Origin: Candidatus Dojkabacteria bacterium
GTDB lineage: Bacteria > Patescibacteriota > Dojkabacteria > J137
NCBI GenBank assembly: GCA_030834985.1
Contig: JAUQWV010000007.1
Span: 4,321-68,320, forward strand
Reading direction: 5' to 3'
Length of the DNA: 64,000 bases
Numbering within the stretch: the first letter of the stretch is position 1; every line of letters begins with the position of its first letter. Shown in pieces: positions 37,757 through 47,977 of this stretch. Made by a program: the position numbers and the translations under genes. The notes below the pieces were generated by a model. That model saw nothing but the letters and a program-made list of their open reading frames with translations, was not told where the DNA came from and made no database searches.

Positions 37757-38756
37757 CCGAATTTGTTTGCATTAGCTTTACTCTTATTGCACTGGCATTT
37801 TCAAATCCTTTAATATACCAGCCAAAATGTTTTCGCATTTGCACAAATGCTTTAGGGTCCGGATTTAACTCTACAAATTTTTTAGTATGTTCAATCATTA
37901 CTTTTACTCTTTCTTCTAAAGAAATATCTTCAAATTTTTTACCTTTAAATATCCATGGATTTCCAAAAGAGGCTCTGCCGATTAAGACGCCTTGTGCACC
38001 AGTTAAATCTAAAACTTTTTTAATATCGGAGTAATCTTTAATATCGCCATTAGCTAAAATAGGAATCTCTGTTGTTTTAACTGCTTTTTTAATTTCGTCC
38101 CAATCGGCAGAGCCAGTGTACATTTGTTTTAAGGTTCTACCGTGAAGGCTTATCCATGCTGGATTTTCTTTTTCGAGTTCTTTAATCCACCATTCAGTTA
38201 CTGGTTCTGAGTAGCCAATTCTTGTTTTTACTGATACCGGCAGAACCTTTCTTGTAGAGTATTGAGCGTTCAGTTCTTTTTTTAAATCTACTACTGCAGC
38301 TAAAGTTTTTTCCGGCAAACCTGTAAGTTTGCCGTCATTTGCCCAATCTACAACACCTTGCTTGGTAGCTACAATAATTTCTCTTGCAAGATTAGGAGTC
38401 CTGATAAGGGCTGCCCCGCTACCACTAGAAGCCACATTTTTTGCGGGGCAGCCCATATTGATATCAACTGCATCAAAATCTAATTCACACGCAATTTTTG
38501 CAACATGATAAAAATATTCAGGTTCTTTTCCGTAAATCTGAGCAACAATAGGTTTTTGTGTTTTATCGTAATGAAAATCTTTAATAACATGTTGTCCAGC
38601 TTGAGACATTCCCATTACATTAGTGAACTCAGTAAAAATGACATCGGGATTACCATGTTTTTTAGTTATGTAACGATAAGCGGAGTCAGTGACACCATCC
38701 ATAGGTGACAATCCCACTATAGGATATCGCAAATTTAAGATATTTTTTCTTGACAT
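37704..38756 (-). CDS. dusB: tRNA-dihydrouridine synthase
   Basis: Dus TIM-barrel motifs: MDGVTD…, AQIYG, INMGCPAKNV with the catalytic Cys. Confidence 0.85.
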   Translation of the reverse strand: MSRKNILNLRYPIVGLSPMDGVTDSAYRYITKKHGNPDVIFTEFTNVMGMSQAGQHVIKDFHYDKTQKPIVAQIYGKEPEYFYHVAKIACELDFDAVDINMGCPAKNVASSGSGAALIRTPNLAREIIVATKQGVVDWANDGKLTGLPEKTLAAVVDLKKELNAQYSTRKVLPVSVKTRIGYSEPVTEWWIKELEKENPAWISLHGRTLKQMYTGSADWDEIKKAVKTTEIPILANGDIKDYSDIKKVLDLTGAQGVLIGRASFGNPWIFKGKKFEDISLEERVKVMIEHTKKFVELNPDPKAFVQMRKHFGWYIKGFENASAIRVKLMQTNSVTDVEQVIQEAGIPLSF

Positions 38757-38888
38757 TCTGATGTATAAAAGTTATCGTTAAAATAAGTTGAGCGCTTTTT
38801 TGATAACAAAATTTTCTGACAGTACCTTGTTTACTGACAGGGCGATTATATCAAATAATACATAAAGTTTTGTTATTAAATAACGAAT

Positions 38889-40001
38889 ATGGCTTTTGCT
38901 CATAGACTTCTCACAACAGAGCTCCCAGACTTGGAGCAGATTATCCGCCCCCCAGAAACTACGGAACGTACGCAAGAGATTGTAATACTCCCAATTATTG
39001 GAGAACAGCAGGTATACAGTGTTTTATTAAGAGATACATTTAGAAGAACCGAACTGATTGATGGTAATTTGGCTCGATTCAGCATGCTTGCAAAATATAG
39101 AACATTAAATCCTATAGAAATTGGTGAAATTCAAAAAGTTAATGTTGATTTATTTGAAAGCTTAAGAGCAAGCGGAATTTTGTTAATTGATGCTGATAGC
39201 GGCAATTACTACATGCTTAACTCATTTAACGGTATAGATATTCAAAACAATTTTCAAACTGGAGTAGAGTCAGTTAACACTGCTTTGAATTCAGGCATTA
39301 ATAAGGCAATGAGAGCAAATGGATTATATGACGGTGTAATGAGCGGCAATATTATTGATCTCCAGGGATACCTTATTGCTAATAACTTTACTACACAAGA
39401 TGCAATGGGTGGAAATCTAGAAAGGGATTTAATTAAAGCACAAAGAAGATTACAAAATATATTTGAATCTATAGATTGGAATAGTACCGGTGTAGCTGAG
39501 CTATTAGCTAATTCTATTGAAACGATCTTTGATGCAACTACAGATGAAGAAATCAGTAACTTTGCCCTATACTTTACTCAATTAGTACCGGATCCCGATA
39601 TTAGAGCTGGATATGTAAATACAGCAATAAATAATGCTGATGAAAATTCTGTAAGAAATATATTCAGACTAATGGCTGCAATAGGAGATTTTCAATTATC
39701 TACTGAGCCTGTAAACAATACTGCTAGCGTAGAGGCATTAACAGAAGAAGGGATTTTAAGAAAATATGTATATCCAGCATTAAGAAATTTAGTAGGAAGA
39801 TATCCTAGTATTCTTAACTTCTATAAATCATTGGCCGAAGAGTTTAAGTTATTTGTTTCTTCTAAGAATCTAGAATTAGGCGGCAATCTTACAGAGGAAC
39901 AAATCAATAATATTGCCGCCAGAGTGATGGACGAAATTCAGCAGGAATACCGCTTTCAGTTATCTAAGTTAAGAAATTTGCAAATACCAGCAGAGTCCTG
40001 A
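38889..40001 (+). CDS. hypothetical protein (370 aa)
   Basis: ORF with ATG start. No recognisable motif. Confidence 0.5.
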   Translation: MAFAHRLLTTELPDLEQIIRPPETTERTQEIVILPIIGEQQVYSVLLRDTFRRTELIDGNLARFSMLAKYRTLNPIEIGEIQKVNVDLFESLRASGILLIDADSGNYYMLNSFNGIDIQNNFQTGVESVNTALNSGINKAMRANGLYDGVMSGNIIDLQGYLIANNFTTQDAMGGNLERDLIKAQRRLQNIFESIDWNSTGVAELLANSIETIFDATTDEEISNFALYFTQLVPDPDIRAGYVNTAINNADENSVRNIFRLMAAIGDFQLSTEPVNNTASVEALTEEGILRKYVYPALRNLVGRYPSILNFYKSLAEEFKLFVSSKNLELGGNLTEEQINNIAARVMDEIQQEYRFQLSKLRNLQIPAES

Positions 40002-40006
40002 TTAGC

Positions 40007-41758
40007 TTATAAGTCTAATGCCTTAGAACTTATTTTTTCAGAAGCTCTTTTACCAAATTCTTCTACAGTCATTTCACCTAAAGATTCTCCGCCTCTTAGC
40101 CTAATATTTACATTATTATTTTCTAATTCTTTGTCTCCAACAACTAAAACGTATGGAGTCTTTTGCGCTTGAGCTTTCCTAATTTTATTACCTAATGTTT
40201 CGTTTGCACTATCAACTTCTGCACGTATTCCTTTTGATTTTAGTTCCTGCATAATTTTGTAAGCGTAATCAGAATGCTTTTCACTTGAGATTGGTAAAAT
40301 TACCGCTTGGGTATAGCTTAACCAAGCAGGAAAATTTCCAGCTGTATGCTCAATATATACAGAGATAAATCTTTCTAGTGCACCCATTAAAGCAAAGTGA
40401 ATCATTACAGGTGTTTTTTCGCTGCCGTCTTTATCGGTATAAACAAGACCGAATCTTGCAGGTTGTACAAAGTCTAATTGAGGAGTTGCACACTGCCACT
40501 CACGACCAAGCGCATCTGTTACCATAAAGTCTAGCTTTGGCCCATAAAACGCAGCTTCTCCAGGCCCTTCATAATAATTTAGTTTATTATCTTCAGCGAT
40601 CTTCCTTAGTATTGATTCAGCTTTGTTCCAAACTTCAGGATCTCCATGATATTTTTGCGGAGTTTGAGGGTCTCTAAAAGATAATCTTACTCTATAGCTT
40701 AGTCCCAAAGAAGAGTAGAATTTATCAATGATTGTCAAAAGCTCGCTATATATCTGTTCAATTTGTTCAATGTTGCAGAAAATGTGGCTGTCATCTTGTG
40801 TTATTGAGCGGACTCTTGAAAGGCCGAGCAGCTCGCCTGCTTTTTCATCACGGTAAACAGTTGTAGTTTCCATATACTTTATTGGTAAGTCGCGGTAACT
40901 ACGCTGCTCGGCCGCAAAGATCTGCTGGTGATGTGGACAATTCATAGGCTTCATTACAAGGTCATCAGAAGTTTCCTGACTTTTTACTAATAACCATTCA
41001 TTGGCAAATTTATCCCAGTGACCAGAAACCTTGTATAAGTCATTTTTGGCAATATGAGGAACCCAAACTCTTTGGAACCCAATCTCTTCTCGCAATCCTT
41101 GCGAAAATTTATTCAATTCTTCACGCAAAAAAGCGCCTTTTGGAGTAAACAAAGGCAAACCTGAACCTACTAAATCTGAAAAAGCGAATAGCCCAAGTTC
41201 TTTACCTAATTTTCTATGATCGCGCTTTTTTGCTTCCTCTAGGTTATGTAGATATTCATCTAATTCAGGTTGAGTAGGGAATGCTGTTGCATAAATTCTA
41301 GTTAACATTTTATTTTTTTCATCTCCACGCCAGTAGGCACCAGCAATGGATAAGAGTTTAAATGCACCGATTTCCTGGCTCGGATTCTCAACGTGACCTC
41401 CACGGCATAGATCTTCAAAACTGCCTGATTTATAAAAAGTTAATGACTCACCTTTATCGGCAAATCCATTTATAAGCTCTTCTTTATATTCGTTTCCTTT
41501 AACTTTTTCTAATGCTTCTTCTTTACTCACTTCAATTTTTTCAAAGCTAGTCCATGATTGTAAAAGCTCTTTCATCTTAGCTTCAATCTTAGGGAAATCT
41601 TCCTCGGATATAGGCTTTGAAAACTCAAAATCATAATAAAAGCCGTTTTCAATTGATGGCCCAATAGCGCGCTTTGCATCTGGCCATAATTCTAAAACTG
41701 CAGCTGCAAGCAAATGCGCGCTGCTATGTCTTAATTTATCTAAATGTTCTGAATTCAT
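40007..41758 (-). CDS. thrS: threonine--tRNA ligase lacking the N-terminal TGS domain
   Basis: Starts at the RHSSAHLLAAAV block. Class II motifs present. 583 aa. Confidence 0.9.
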   Translation of the reverse strand: MNSEHLDKLRHSSAHLLAAAVLELWPDAKRAIGPSIENGFYYDFEFSKPISEEDFPKIEAKMKELLQSWTSFEKIEVSKEEALEKVKGNEYKEELINGFADKGESLTFYKSGSFEDLCRGGHVENPSQEIGAFKLLSIAGAYWRGDEKNKMLTRIYATAFPTQPELDEYLHNLEEAKKRDHRKLGKELGLFAFSDLVGSGLPLFTPKGAFLREELNKFSQGLREEIGFQRVWVPHIAKNDLYKVSGHWDKFANEWLLVKSQETSDDLVMKPMNCPHHQQIFAAEQRSYRDLPIKYMETTTVYRDEKAGELLGLSRVRSITQDDSHIFCNIEQIEQIYSELLTIIDKFYSSLGLSYRVRLSFRDPQTPQKYHGDPEVWNKAESILRKIAEDNKLNYYEGPGEAAFYGPKLDFMVTDALGREWQCATPQLDFVQPARFGLVYTDKDGSEKTPVMIHFALMGALERFISVYIEHTAGNFPAWLSYTQAVILPISSEKHSDYAYKIMQELKSKGIRAEVDSANETLGNKIRKAQAQKTPYVLVVGDKELENNNVNIRLRGGESLGEMTVEEFGKRASEKISSKALDL

Positions 41759-41985
41759 AAAATGTAATTTAATTGAAAAATGATATAAATATTGAATTGT
41801 ATACGTAGTTATTTTACCCCCTTATGGGGTTGTAGTAGTAGTGTTTGTGAAGATAAAACTTCGTTTAATCATTAACGCTGATTATATCTTTATAAAGCTG
41901 GTAAATCAAATACCCACACAACGCAGTGTGTACACTGAATAATACTTTGTAGTATTATAGATTGTTAATATTAGACTTTCTTACT

Positions 41986-43830
41986 ATGTGTGGAATTGTT
42001 GGCTTTTCAGGCAAACCCGATACAGAGACTTTAAACCGAATGAGAGATGCAATTTTTCACCGTGGTCCGGATGATGCAGCTAATCTTGAAGAAGAGAACT
42101 TTTCTGTAGGTTTTAGGCGACTTGCAATTATTGATTTATCCGAAAATATTTATCCAATTCATAATGAAGAGCAGAGTATAAGTGTATTTTTGAATGGAGA
42201 GATTTATAACTACCAGGCGCTACGGGAAGAATTAGAGGAATTAGGACATAAATTCAAAACAGAGTCCGATACAGAAACAATCGCTCACGGATATGAAGAA
42301 TGGGGTGAAAATGTTGTTAAACATTTAAGAGGAATGTTTACATTTGTCTTATACAATAAGACCAAAGATGAATTATTAATTGCTCGTGACCGATTAGGAA
42401 TAAAACCTTTTTATTACGCAGAGGTTGATAAAAGAATAGTGTTTGGTTCTGAAATTAAAAGCTTATTAGCTGGTTTTGATATTAAGAGAGAGGTTGATGA
42501 GGATTCTTTGTACAAATTTTTAACTTCCAGAATTCACGATATAAATGATGATACTTTCTTTAAGAATATAAAAAGATTGCTGCCGGGACATTTAATGATA
42601 ATTGATTCGCAGGGTAATCACAGAATAGAGAAATATTGGAATCCTACCTACTCATCAAAATTTGCTTCTGAGAAATCAGACGAGCAATATGCAAAAGAAT
42701 TTAGAGATATTTTTATAGAAGCCATAAAGCTTCATTTAATTGCTGACGTTCCTGTAGGTGTAACATTATCAGGAGGGTTAGACTCGAGCGGAATCACATC
42801 TATTGCTTCAAAATTATATAAAGAAAATCATCCTAATACTAAATTTTATTCATTTTCGGCAGTTCATCCTGGCGAAACTATAAATGAAGAAGAATACATT
42901 GATAATATTGTTGAGCATACCGGAGTAGAGTCAGTAAAGATTACTCCAAGTGTAGAAACTTTCTGGGAAGAATTAAATACCTGGGTGTATTTTCAAGAGG
43001 AGCCTGTGATAAGTGGCGCACCATATGCTTATTACACTGTGATGCGTGAAGCTAGAAAATATGTAACAGTTCTTTTGACAGGGCAGGGCGGTGATGAATT
43101 GCTGGCCGGCTACATTCCTTATTTTATGACGTATTTACAGTCGGCAATTGACAAAGGTAAGTTCTTAGAGGCTTTCAGAGAAACTGTAGCCGGCCGAGAT
43201 CTATATACCAAATTCTTTGTGGATAAGTTAATTCAAAAGTTGAAGAAGGATAATACAATTAATGCTTCTCAAATGATAATCAATACTAATAATACAGAGT
43301 TTATAAGACCTCAGGCTACTAGAAATCTTAATAAAAGATTATTTGAAGACGTTACCTCTTTAACAACGCCATCACTTTTAAGGTATGAAGATAAGAATTC
43401 AATGGCAAATTCATTGGAGTCGCGAGTGCCGTTTTTTGACCATATTGTAGTAGAGTACATATTTAACCTGCCGATTGATCAAAAGATAAAAAACGGCTGG
43501 ACAAGACACATATATCGAGAAGCAATGAAAGGGTTAATCCCAGAAAAGAATAGATTAAGGCGAAGTAAAATAGGTTTTACAAACCCTGAATGGGAGTGGA
43601 TAGAGCGTAAGAAAGAAAAATTTATTGAGATATTTGAATCTGACTCTTTTAAATCCAGAAAGTTCTGGAAAGCAGATTTAATTCTACAAAACTTTAAAGA
43701 TACACTTGATGGAAAGATGAAAGGGGACGTTTTATTCTTCTGGAGAGTATTTATAGCTGAAATGTGGATGAGAACTTATGTGGATAACTTTACAGTTTTA
43801 GATACTAAATTGTTAGTAAATTTAAGTTAG
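41986..43830 (+). CDS. asnB: asparagine synthase (glutamine-hydrolysing)
   Basis: N-terminal MCGIVGF with Cys2 nucleophile. SGGLDSS PP-loop. The track ORF starts at an upstream TTG. Confidence 0.9.
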   Translation: MCGIVGFSGKPDTETLNRMRDAIFHRGPDDAANLEEENFSVGFRRLAIIDLSENIYPIHNEEQSISVFLNGEIYNYQALREELEELGHKFKTESDTETIAHGYEEWGENVVKHLRGMFTFVLYNKTKDELLIARDRLGIKPFYYAEVDKRIVFGSEIKSLLAGFDIKREVDEDSLYKFLTSRIHDINDDTFFKNIKRLLPGHLMIIDSQGNHRIEKYWNPTYSSKFASEKSDEQYAKEFRDIFIEAIKLHLIADVPVGVTLSGGLDSSGITSIASKLYKENHPNTKFYSFSAVHPGETINEEEYIDNIVEHTGVESVKITPSVETFWEELNTWVYFQEEPVISGAPYAYYTVMREARKYVTVLLTGQGGDELLAGYIPYFMTYLQSAIDKGKFLEAFRETVAGRDLYTKFFVDKLIQKLKKDNTINASQMIINTNNTEFIRPQATRNLNKRLFEDVTSLTTPSLLRYEDKNSMANSLESRVPFFDHIVVEYIFNLPIDQKIKNGWTRHIYREAMKGLIPEKNRLRRSKIGFTNPEWEWIERKKEKFIEIFESDSFKSRKFWKADLILQNFKDTLDGKMKGDVLFFWRVFIAEMWMRTYVDNFTVLDTKLLVNLS

Positions 43831-43838
43831 CTAAAATT

Positions 43839-44234
43839 CTAGATGGCTGTCTGGCTTGGTACTTCTGGAGACGGCAAGCTATTTGATGAGACTGTAGGTA
43901 GCTGTGTTTGTGGTTCACCATTAGTAGTTTGTGTAACTTCTGGCTGTACAACTGGTACTATAGGTACATCTGGATTTTGTATATCATTTTGCTCTACTTT
44001 AGTCTGCTCTCTTTCTTTAATATTTTGAATCTCTTGTTGAAAAGCTGTTGGTAGCGGCGGAGGTGGCGGTACATAAGCCTCTTTTTTGTAGCTAGAATCG
44101 CCGCGTTTTAGATAAATCCAAATTACAGCTAATATCAGTAAGACAACAAAGATACCAACTCCTACAAGCACTAGCACTGTTATATCTTCTGGAGTTGGAA
44201 TATATTGAGTTGTTTCTGCAGCTGTTGCTTCCAT
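43839..44234 (-). CDS. Pro-rich membrane-anchored hypothetical protein
   Basis: Single TM followed by PPPPPLP and a PV-rich tail. Confidence 0.45.
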   Translation of the reverse strand: MEATAAETTQYIPTPEDITVLVLVGVGIFVVLLILAVIWIYLKRGDSSYKKEAYVPPPPPLPTAFQQEIQNIKEREQTKVEQNDIQNPDVPIVPVVQPEVTQTTNGEPQTQLPTVSSNSLPSPEVPSQTAI

Positions 44235-44254
44235 ATACAGCTAGTTTAATCTAA

Positions 44255-44734
44255 TCAACCTTCGGGTGCAAGCATAGCGGCTGTTTCGCTGTCAGCATAG
44301 GTAGCAGTTTCTTCTTTTATAACTCTAAATAGTTTTTGAGTAGGATTAATAAAAACAATATCCATCGTTTTTGGAATAAATTGTTGCGCAATTCTTTGAA
44401 TACTTCCCGATGGAAAGCTATTTCTTGCCTGCACCCGTACACCATTTTCTGTGACAAGTGTTTTATCGTTATAACCTAGTGTTTCAAACTCTCCACTATA
44501 AACTACAACACCTTTAATAATAGAATTAGCAGGATCAGTAGTATCTAAAAAAAATATTTCATCTCCTCTGCTCAAACTACTTAAACTCCAAGGCTCAGAA
44601 TTATTAACCATTTCAATAAGATCTGGATTATCTAGCTGTGTCTCTGTTAATAATCCTTGTGCAAGTAATTGAGCAACAAGCTTTCCTGCTGTTGAATTTT
44701 CAAGTCGGGCTCTACTAATTGTGTTCTCTAACAT
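44255..44734 (-). CDS. hypothetical protein (159 aa)
   Basis: ORF only. Same strand as proS, directly downstream of it. Confidence 0.45.
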   Translation of the reverse strand: MLENTISRARLENSTAGKLVAQLLAQGLLTETQLDNPDLIEMVNNSEPWSLSSLSRGDEIFFLDTTDPANSIIKGVVVYSGEFETLGYNDKTLVTENGVRVQARNSFPSGSIQRIAQQFIPKTMDIVFINPTQKLFRVIKEETATYADSETAAMLAPEG

Positions 44735-44745
44735 ATTGAATTTGA

Positions 44746-45993
44746 TTATTTAAATGCTTCAAATAACTCTTCAAGGCTAACTTCTTTTGATTTAGACTCT
44801 GCTCTAACTTTGAGTTCAGCTTTTTCAGCTGTTCGTTTAGATATAACAACTCTGTAAGGAATACCTATTAAGTCAGCATCGGCAAATTTTTCGCCGGCAG
44901 ATGCATCTAATCTATCATCAAACAAAACTTCAACATTCATTTTTTTAAGTACCTGATAAACTGATTCTGCTTTCTGCTTTACATTTTCATCTTCTAGATT
45001 TAGTCCAATCAAATGTACTTTGTATGGTGCAACGGCTTCTGGCCAGATAATACCTTTTTCATCAGCAAAGCGTTCAACTAAAACGCCCATTAATCTTGTA
45101 ATTCCAATTCCATAAGAGCCTAAAATTACAGGTTTAGAGCTTCCATCTTCATCAACATAATTTAATCCAAGTTGATTAGATTTAGTTGGTCCAAAGCTGA
45201 ATATATTTCCAACTTCAGCAGTTTTTACCTGCTCCAGTTCATCTTTTTTTACTCCTAACTGATTCATTACCTCTTCCGTAAGAACTTCTTCATTAATAGC
45301 AAGCTTTTTTTCTCGATGTAAATAAACAGTATCTTCTCCTGCTTCTGTGATTGTTTGAAATTCATGACTGAATTGTGTAAATGCCCCGCCAGAAGCAAAG
45401 GTTAAGAAAGTTAAATCTCCTAAGCCTACCCTTTCAAAGACTTTTAGGTATGCATCAATAGTTGCATCATAAAATTTTTGATGAGCCTCTTCTGTTGTAG
45501 AATACGAATACATATCTTTCATTACAAATTCTCGGCCGCGCATAATTCCGCTTTTTGCTCTAAGCTCATTTCTTAATTTAGTTTGAAATTGGTATACATA
45601 TATAGGTAAATCTTTATAGCTATTGATGTAATTTTTCATCATTTCGCTTATTGGCTCTTCATGAGACCATCCAAAACCGACCTCTGTTCCATTTTTAAGA
45701 GCAGATTTAAACCAAACATCAACTTTTTCATCATCCCATCTATCTGTTTTTTCCCAAAGTTCTTTTCTTTGTAGTGCAGTCATAATAATTTCCTGGCCAC
45801 CAATATTGTTCATCTCTTCTCTAACAATCTGCTTAATCTTTTCAACTACTCTAAGACCTAATGGTAAGTAAGCATATGCTCCTGCCATTTCTTTATAGAT
45901 ATATCCTGCTTTAATAAGCAGCTGTGCATTTGAAGAAACCTCGTCTTTTGGAAAGTCTCTACTTGTTTTAGAAAATAATTGTGAATATCTCAT
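44746..45993 (-). CDS. proS: proline--tRNA ligase (short form, no editing insertion)
   Basis: MRYSQLFSKTSRDFPKDEVSSNAQLLIKAGYI… is a typical ProRS N-terminus. Class II core. 415 aa. Confidence 0.9.
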   Translation of the reverse strand: MRYSQLFSKTSRDFPKDEVSSNAQLLIKAGYIYKEMAGAYAYLPLGLRVVEKIKQIVREEMNNIGGQEIIMTALQRKELWEKTDRWDDEKVDVWFKSALKNGTEVGFGWSHEEPISEMMKNYINSYKDLPIYVYQFQTKLRNELRAKSGIMRGREFVMKDMYSYSTTEEAHQKFYDATIDAYLKVFERVGLGDLTFLTFASGGAFTQFSHEFQTITEAGEDTVYLHREKKLAINEEVLTEEVMNQLGVKKDELEQVKTAEVGNIFSFGPTKSNQLGLNYVDEDGSSKPVILGSYGIGITRLMGVLVERFADEKGIIWPEAVAPYKVHLIGLNLEDENVKQKAESVYQVLKKMNVEVLFDDRLDASAGEKFADADLIGIPYRVVISKRTAEKAELKVRAESKSKEVSLEELFEAFK

Positions 45994-46042
45994 AGTGTTA
46001 ATTTCGTTAAATAAAATTTTTGCAGACTAATAGTATAATAGT

Positions 46043-46921
46043 CTACACCTCGTCAATTTTCAAAAATCTCTTATGAATATTTGCTAAATATTCAAATCTA
46101 GCGGGTAAGGCGGGATTTTGCTCTAAGTACAGCACATCATAATAGACCTCTATGGGCAAAATCCCGCATACAGCTAAATTGGTTTGAGTAAGTAGATCCA
46201 TATATTTCTCTACGCTTTCTTCATCGTTTATATCAAAACTTATATTATCTGCAGTTGGAATTAAAGGCAAAAAGCTGGTCCGTTCTAATGCAGTAATCAT
46301 TGCAGCATTTGGACTAGTTGCAAACTTTCCGCTATTCATTCCGCCCCAACCATGAAGCCATTCATCTGGAAATGTGGCTATAGAGCCTGTATTGGCAACT
46401 TTTGCACCATTATTGGTTTCTGGTGAGCTTTCTTTTTTGCAAAAAGCGAAATAATCTAAAGTTCCAATAGTTCCGTATTCTCTTAAAGCTTCAACTATTT
46501 CACTCCCTGTACCGCCTTTATCCCAAATATCGTCAATAACAAGGTTATAGGCATTCTCAATATCTTGCGGCTGGTCAGAAAAAGAAAGCTCACCAGAAGA
46601 ATCTTCATCACAAAAAATTACACTGAGGGCATTTGCATAAAGCGCGTTTTCCTCGAATATGGCCATCAACTTCCTGTAGAATATCAAGCCTCCGTTTAAG
46701 GGAACAATAAGATTAACAGCTCTATTTTGCCCAATTGCTTCTATAATATTGCTATAGACCTCTATTGTTATTTGATCTAGTTTTCTTTGTGTAAATTCCA
46801 GGTATTCAAGATAGTTTTTTTCTGCAAACAGTTTCTCTGACTTTACTTCCGCAACTGTTAAGCCATTTGGCAATTCTAAAGCATCCATATGTAACTTATT
46901 TATTAAGCAAGTGATTATCAT
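46043..46921 (-). CDS. phosphoribosyltransferase-like domain protein
   Basis: PRPP-loop-like LVIDDIWDKGGTGSEI. First ATG-like start probably internal (MDALELPNGL). Confidence 0.4.
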   Translation of the reverse strand: MIITCLINKLHMDALELPNGLTVAEVKSEKLFAEKNYLEYLEFTQRKLDQITIEVYSNIIEAIGQNRAVNLIVPLNGGLIFYRKLMAIFEENALYANALSVIFCDEDSSGELSFSDQPQDIENAYNLVIDDIWDKGGTGSEIVEALREYGTIGTLDYFAFCKKESSPETNNGAKVANTGSIATFPDEWLHGWGGMNSGKFATSPNAAMITALERTSFLPLIPTADNISFDINDEESVEKYMDLLTQTNLAVCGILPIEVYYDVLYLEQNPALPARFEYLANIHKRFLKIDEV

Positions 46922-46984
46922 ATCTTTTAGGGGTTTTTAGCAAGTGCTACAATTAAAAAGTTTTGAATTTGTAATACTAAAGTT

Positions 46985-47977
46985 ATGGATACATTTTCTA
47001 GGGAAAATATTGAAAATTTAGTTTCAGTTCCCTCTCATTCAGGTATTGCTCATTTTATTAGAAATATTGCAGGCCCAGTCCTTGATTGGTCAGGACTATT
47101 AGGTATTATAGTACTTTCTTTAGGCACTTTGATTATTCCAGCTATAAGCATAGTTTTGTTGCCTGCAGTGATATTTTTGGCGGTATATCAGCTTGTTTTA
47201 ATATATTTTTCTCAAATTAGATTTTACAAGATCAAAGTAAACTCATCGAAGATCGAACTGGGATTACCTAAACCTGTGAGCTTTGTTTTTGTAAGTGATA
47301 TTCATGTAGGAAGCGAATATGCTGCAACTAATAACAAAAGACTGCAAAAGATAGTAGATAAGATTAACGCCTTAAATCCGGAGCTAGTTTTATTTGGAGG
47401 TGATTTTTTTACAGAAAGAATTGAAGTAGAGCGGCTTCAGCTTTTAAATGGTGTAAAAGCTCCGCTGCAGTTTGGCGTTTATGGAAACCACGATGCCTAT
47501 TATCTAAAGAATAATGTAAGCTATACACTTCCAACAAAATTCTTAGAAGCGATAAAAACAACAAATATTAAGCTTTTAATTAATGAATCTGTTAATTTAC
47601 AGGTGAATGGAGTAGATTTATGTATTGCAGGTATTCCGGATTTATATTCAAAAAATTTTGATATTAAAAAGGCGTTTGCCGACGCTAGTCCTGGCACTAA
47701 GAGAATCTTACTTTCACATAATCCTGATGTTATTGATTTTATAAAAGAAGAGGATAATATAGATTTACTTCTAAGCGGCCATAATCATTCTGGACAGATA
47801 TTTTTGCCTGTTATTGGAGCCGCGCTCCCAATGCCTACAAAACGTAGATGGTTAACAAAAGGACTATTTCAGATAACTAAAAATACAAAGCTTTTCTTGT
47901 CACAAGGAGTTGGCTATTCTGGCAGCAGGCTTAGAATAAATACAGATGCTGAAATTTGCGATATAACATTAACTTAA
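46985..47977 (+). CDS. membrane-anchored calcineurin-like metallophosphoesterase
   Basis: DIHVG…GGDFF…GNHD…SHNPD…GHNHSGQ metal-binding motifs. Confidence 0.8.
   Translation: MDTFSRENIENLVSVPSHSGIAHFIRNIAGPVLDWSGLLGIIVLSLGTLIIPAISIVLLPAVIFLAVYQLVLIYFSQIRFYKIKVNSSKIELGLPKPVSFVFVSDIHVGSEYAATNNKRLQKIVDKINALNPELVLFGGDFFTERIEVERLQLLNGVKAPLQFGVYGNHDAYYLKNNVSYTLPTKFLEAIKTTNIKLLINESVNLQVNGVDLCIAGIPDLYSKNFDIKKAFADASPGTKRILLSHNPDVIDFIKEEDNIDLLLSGHNHSGQIFLPVIGAALPMPTKRRWLTKGLFQITKNTKLFLSQGVGYSGSRLRINTDAEICDITLT

Noticed and set aside
41759-41985. T-box riboswitch upstream of thrS (and the leuS leader 29390-29504)
   Set aside because: No T-box consensus (AATTAGGGTGGNACCGCG) and no specifier-loop architecture found by eye.
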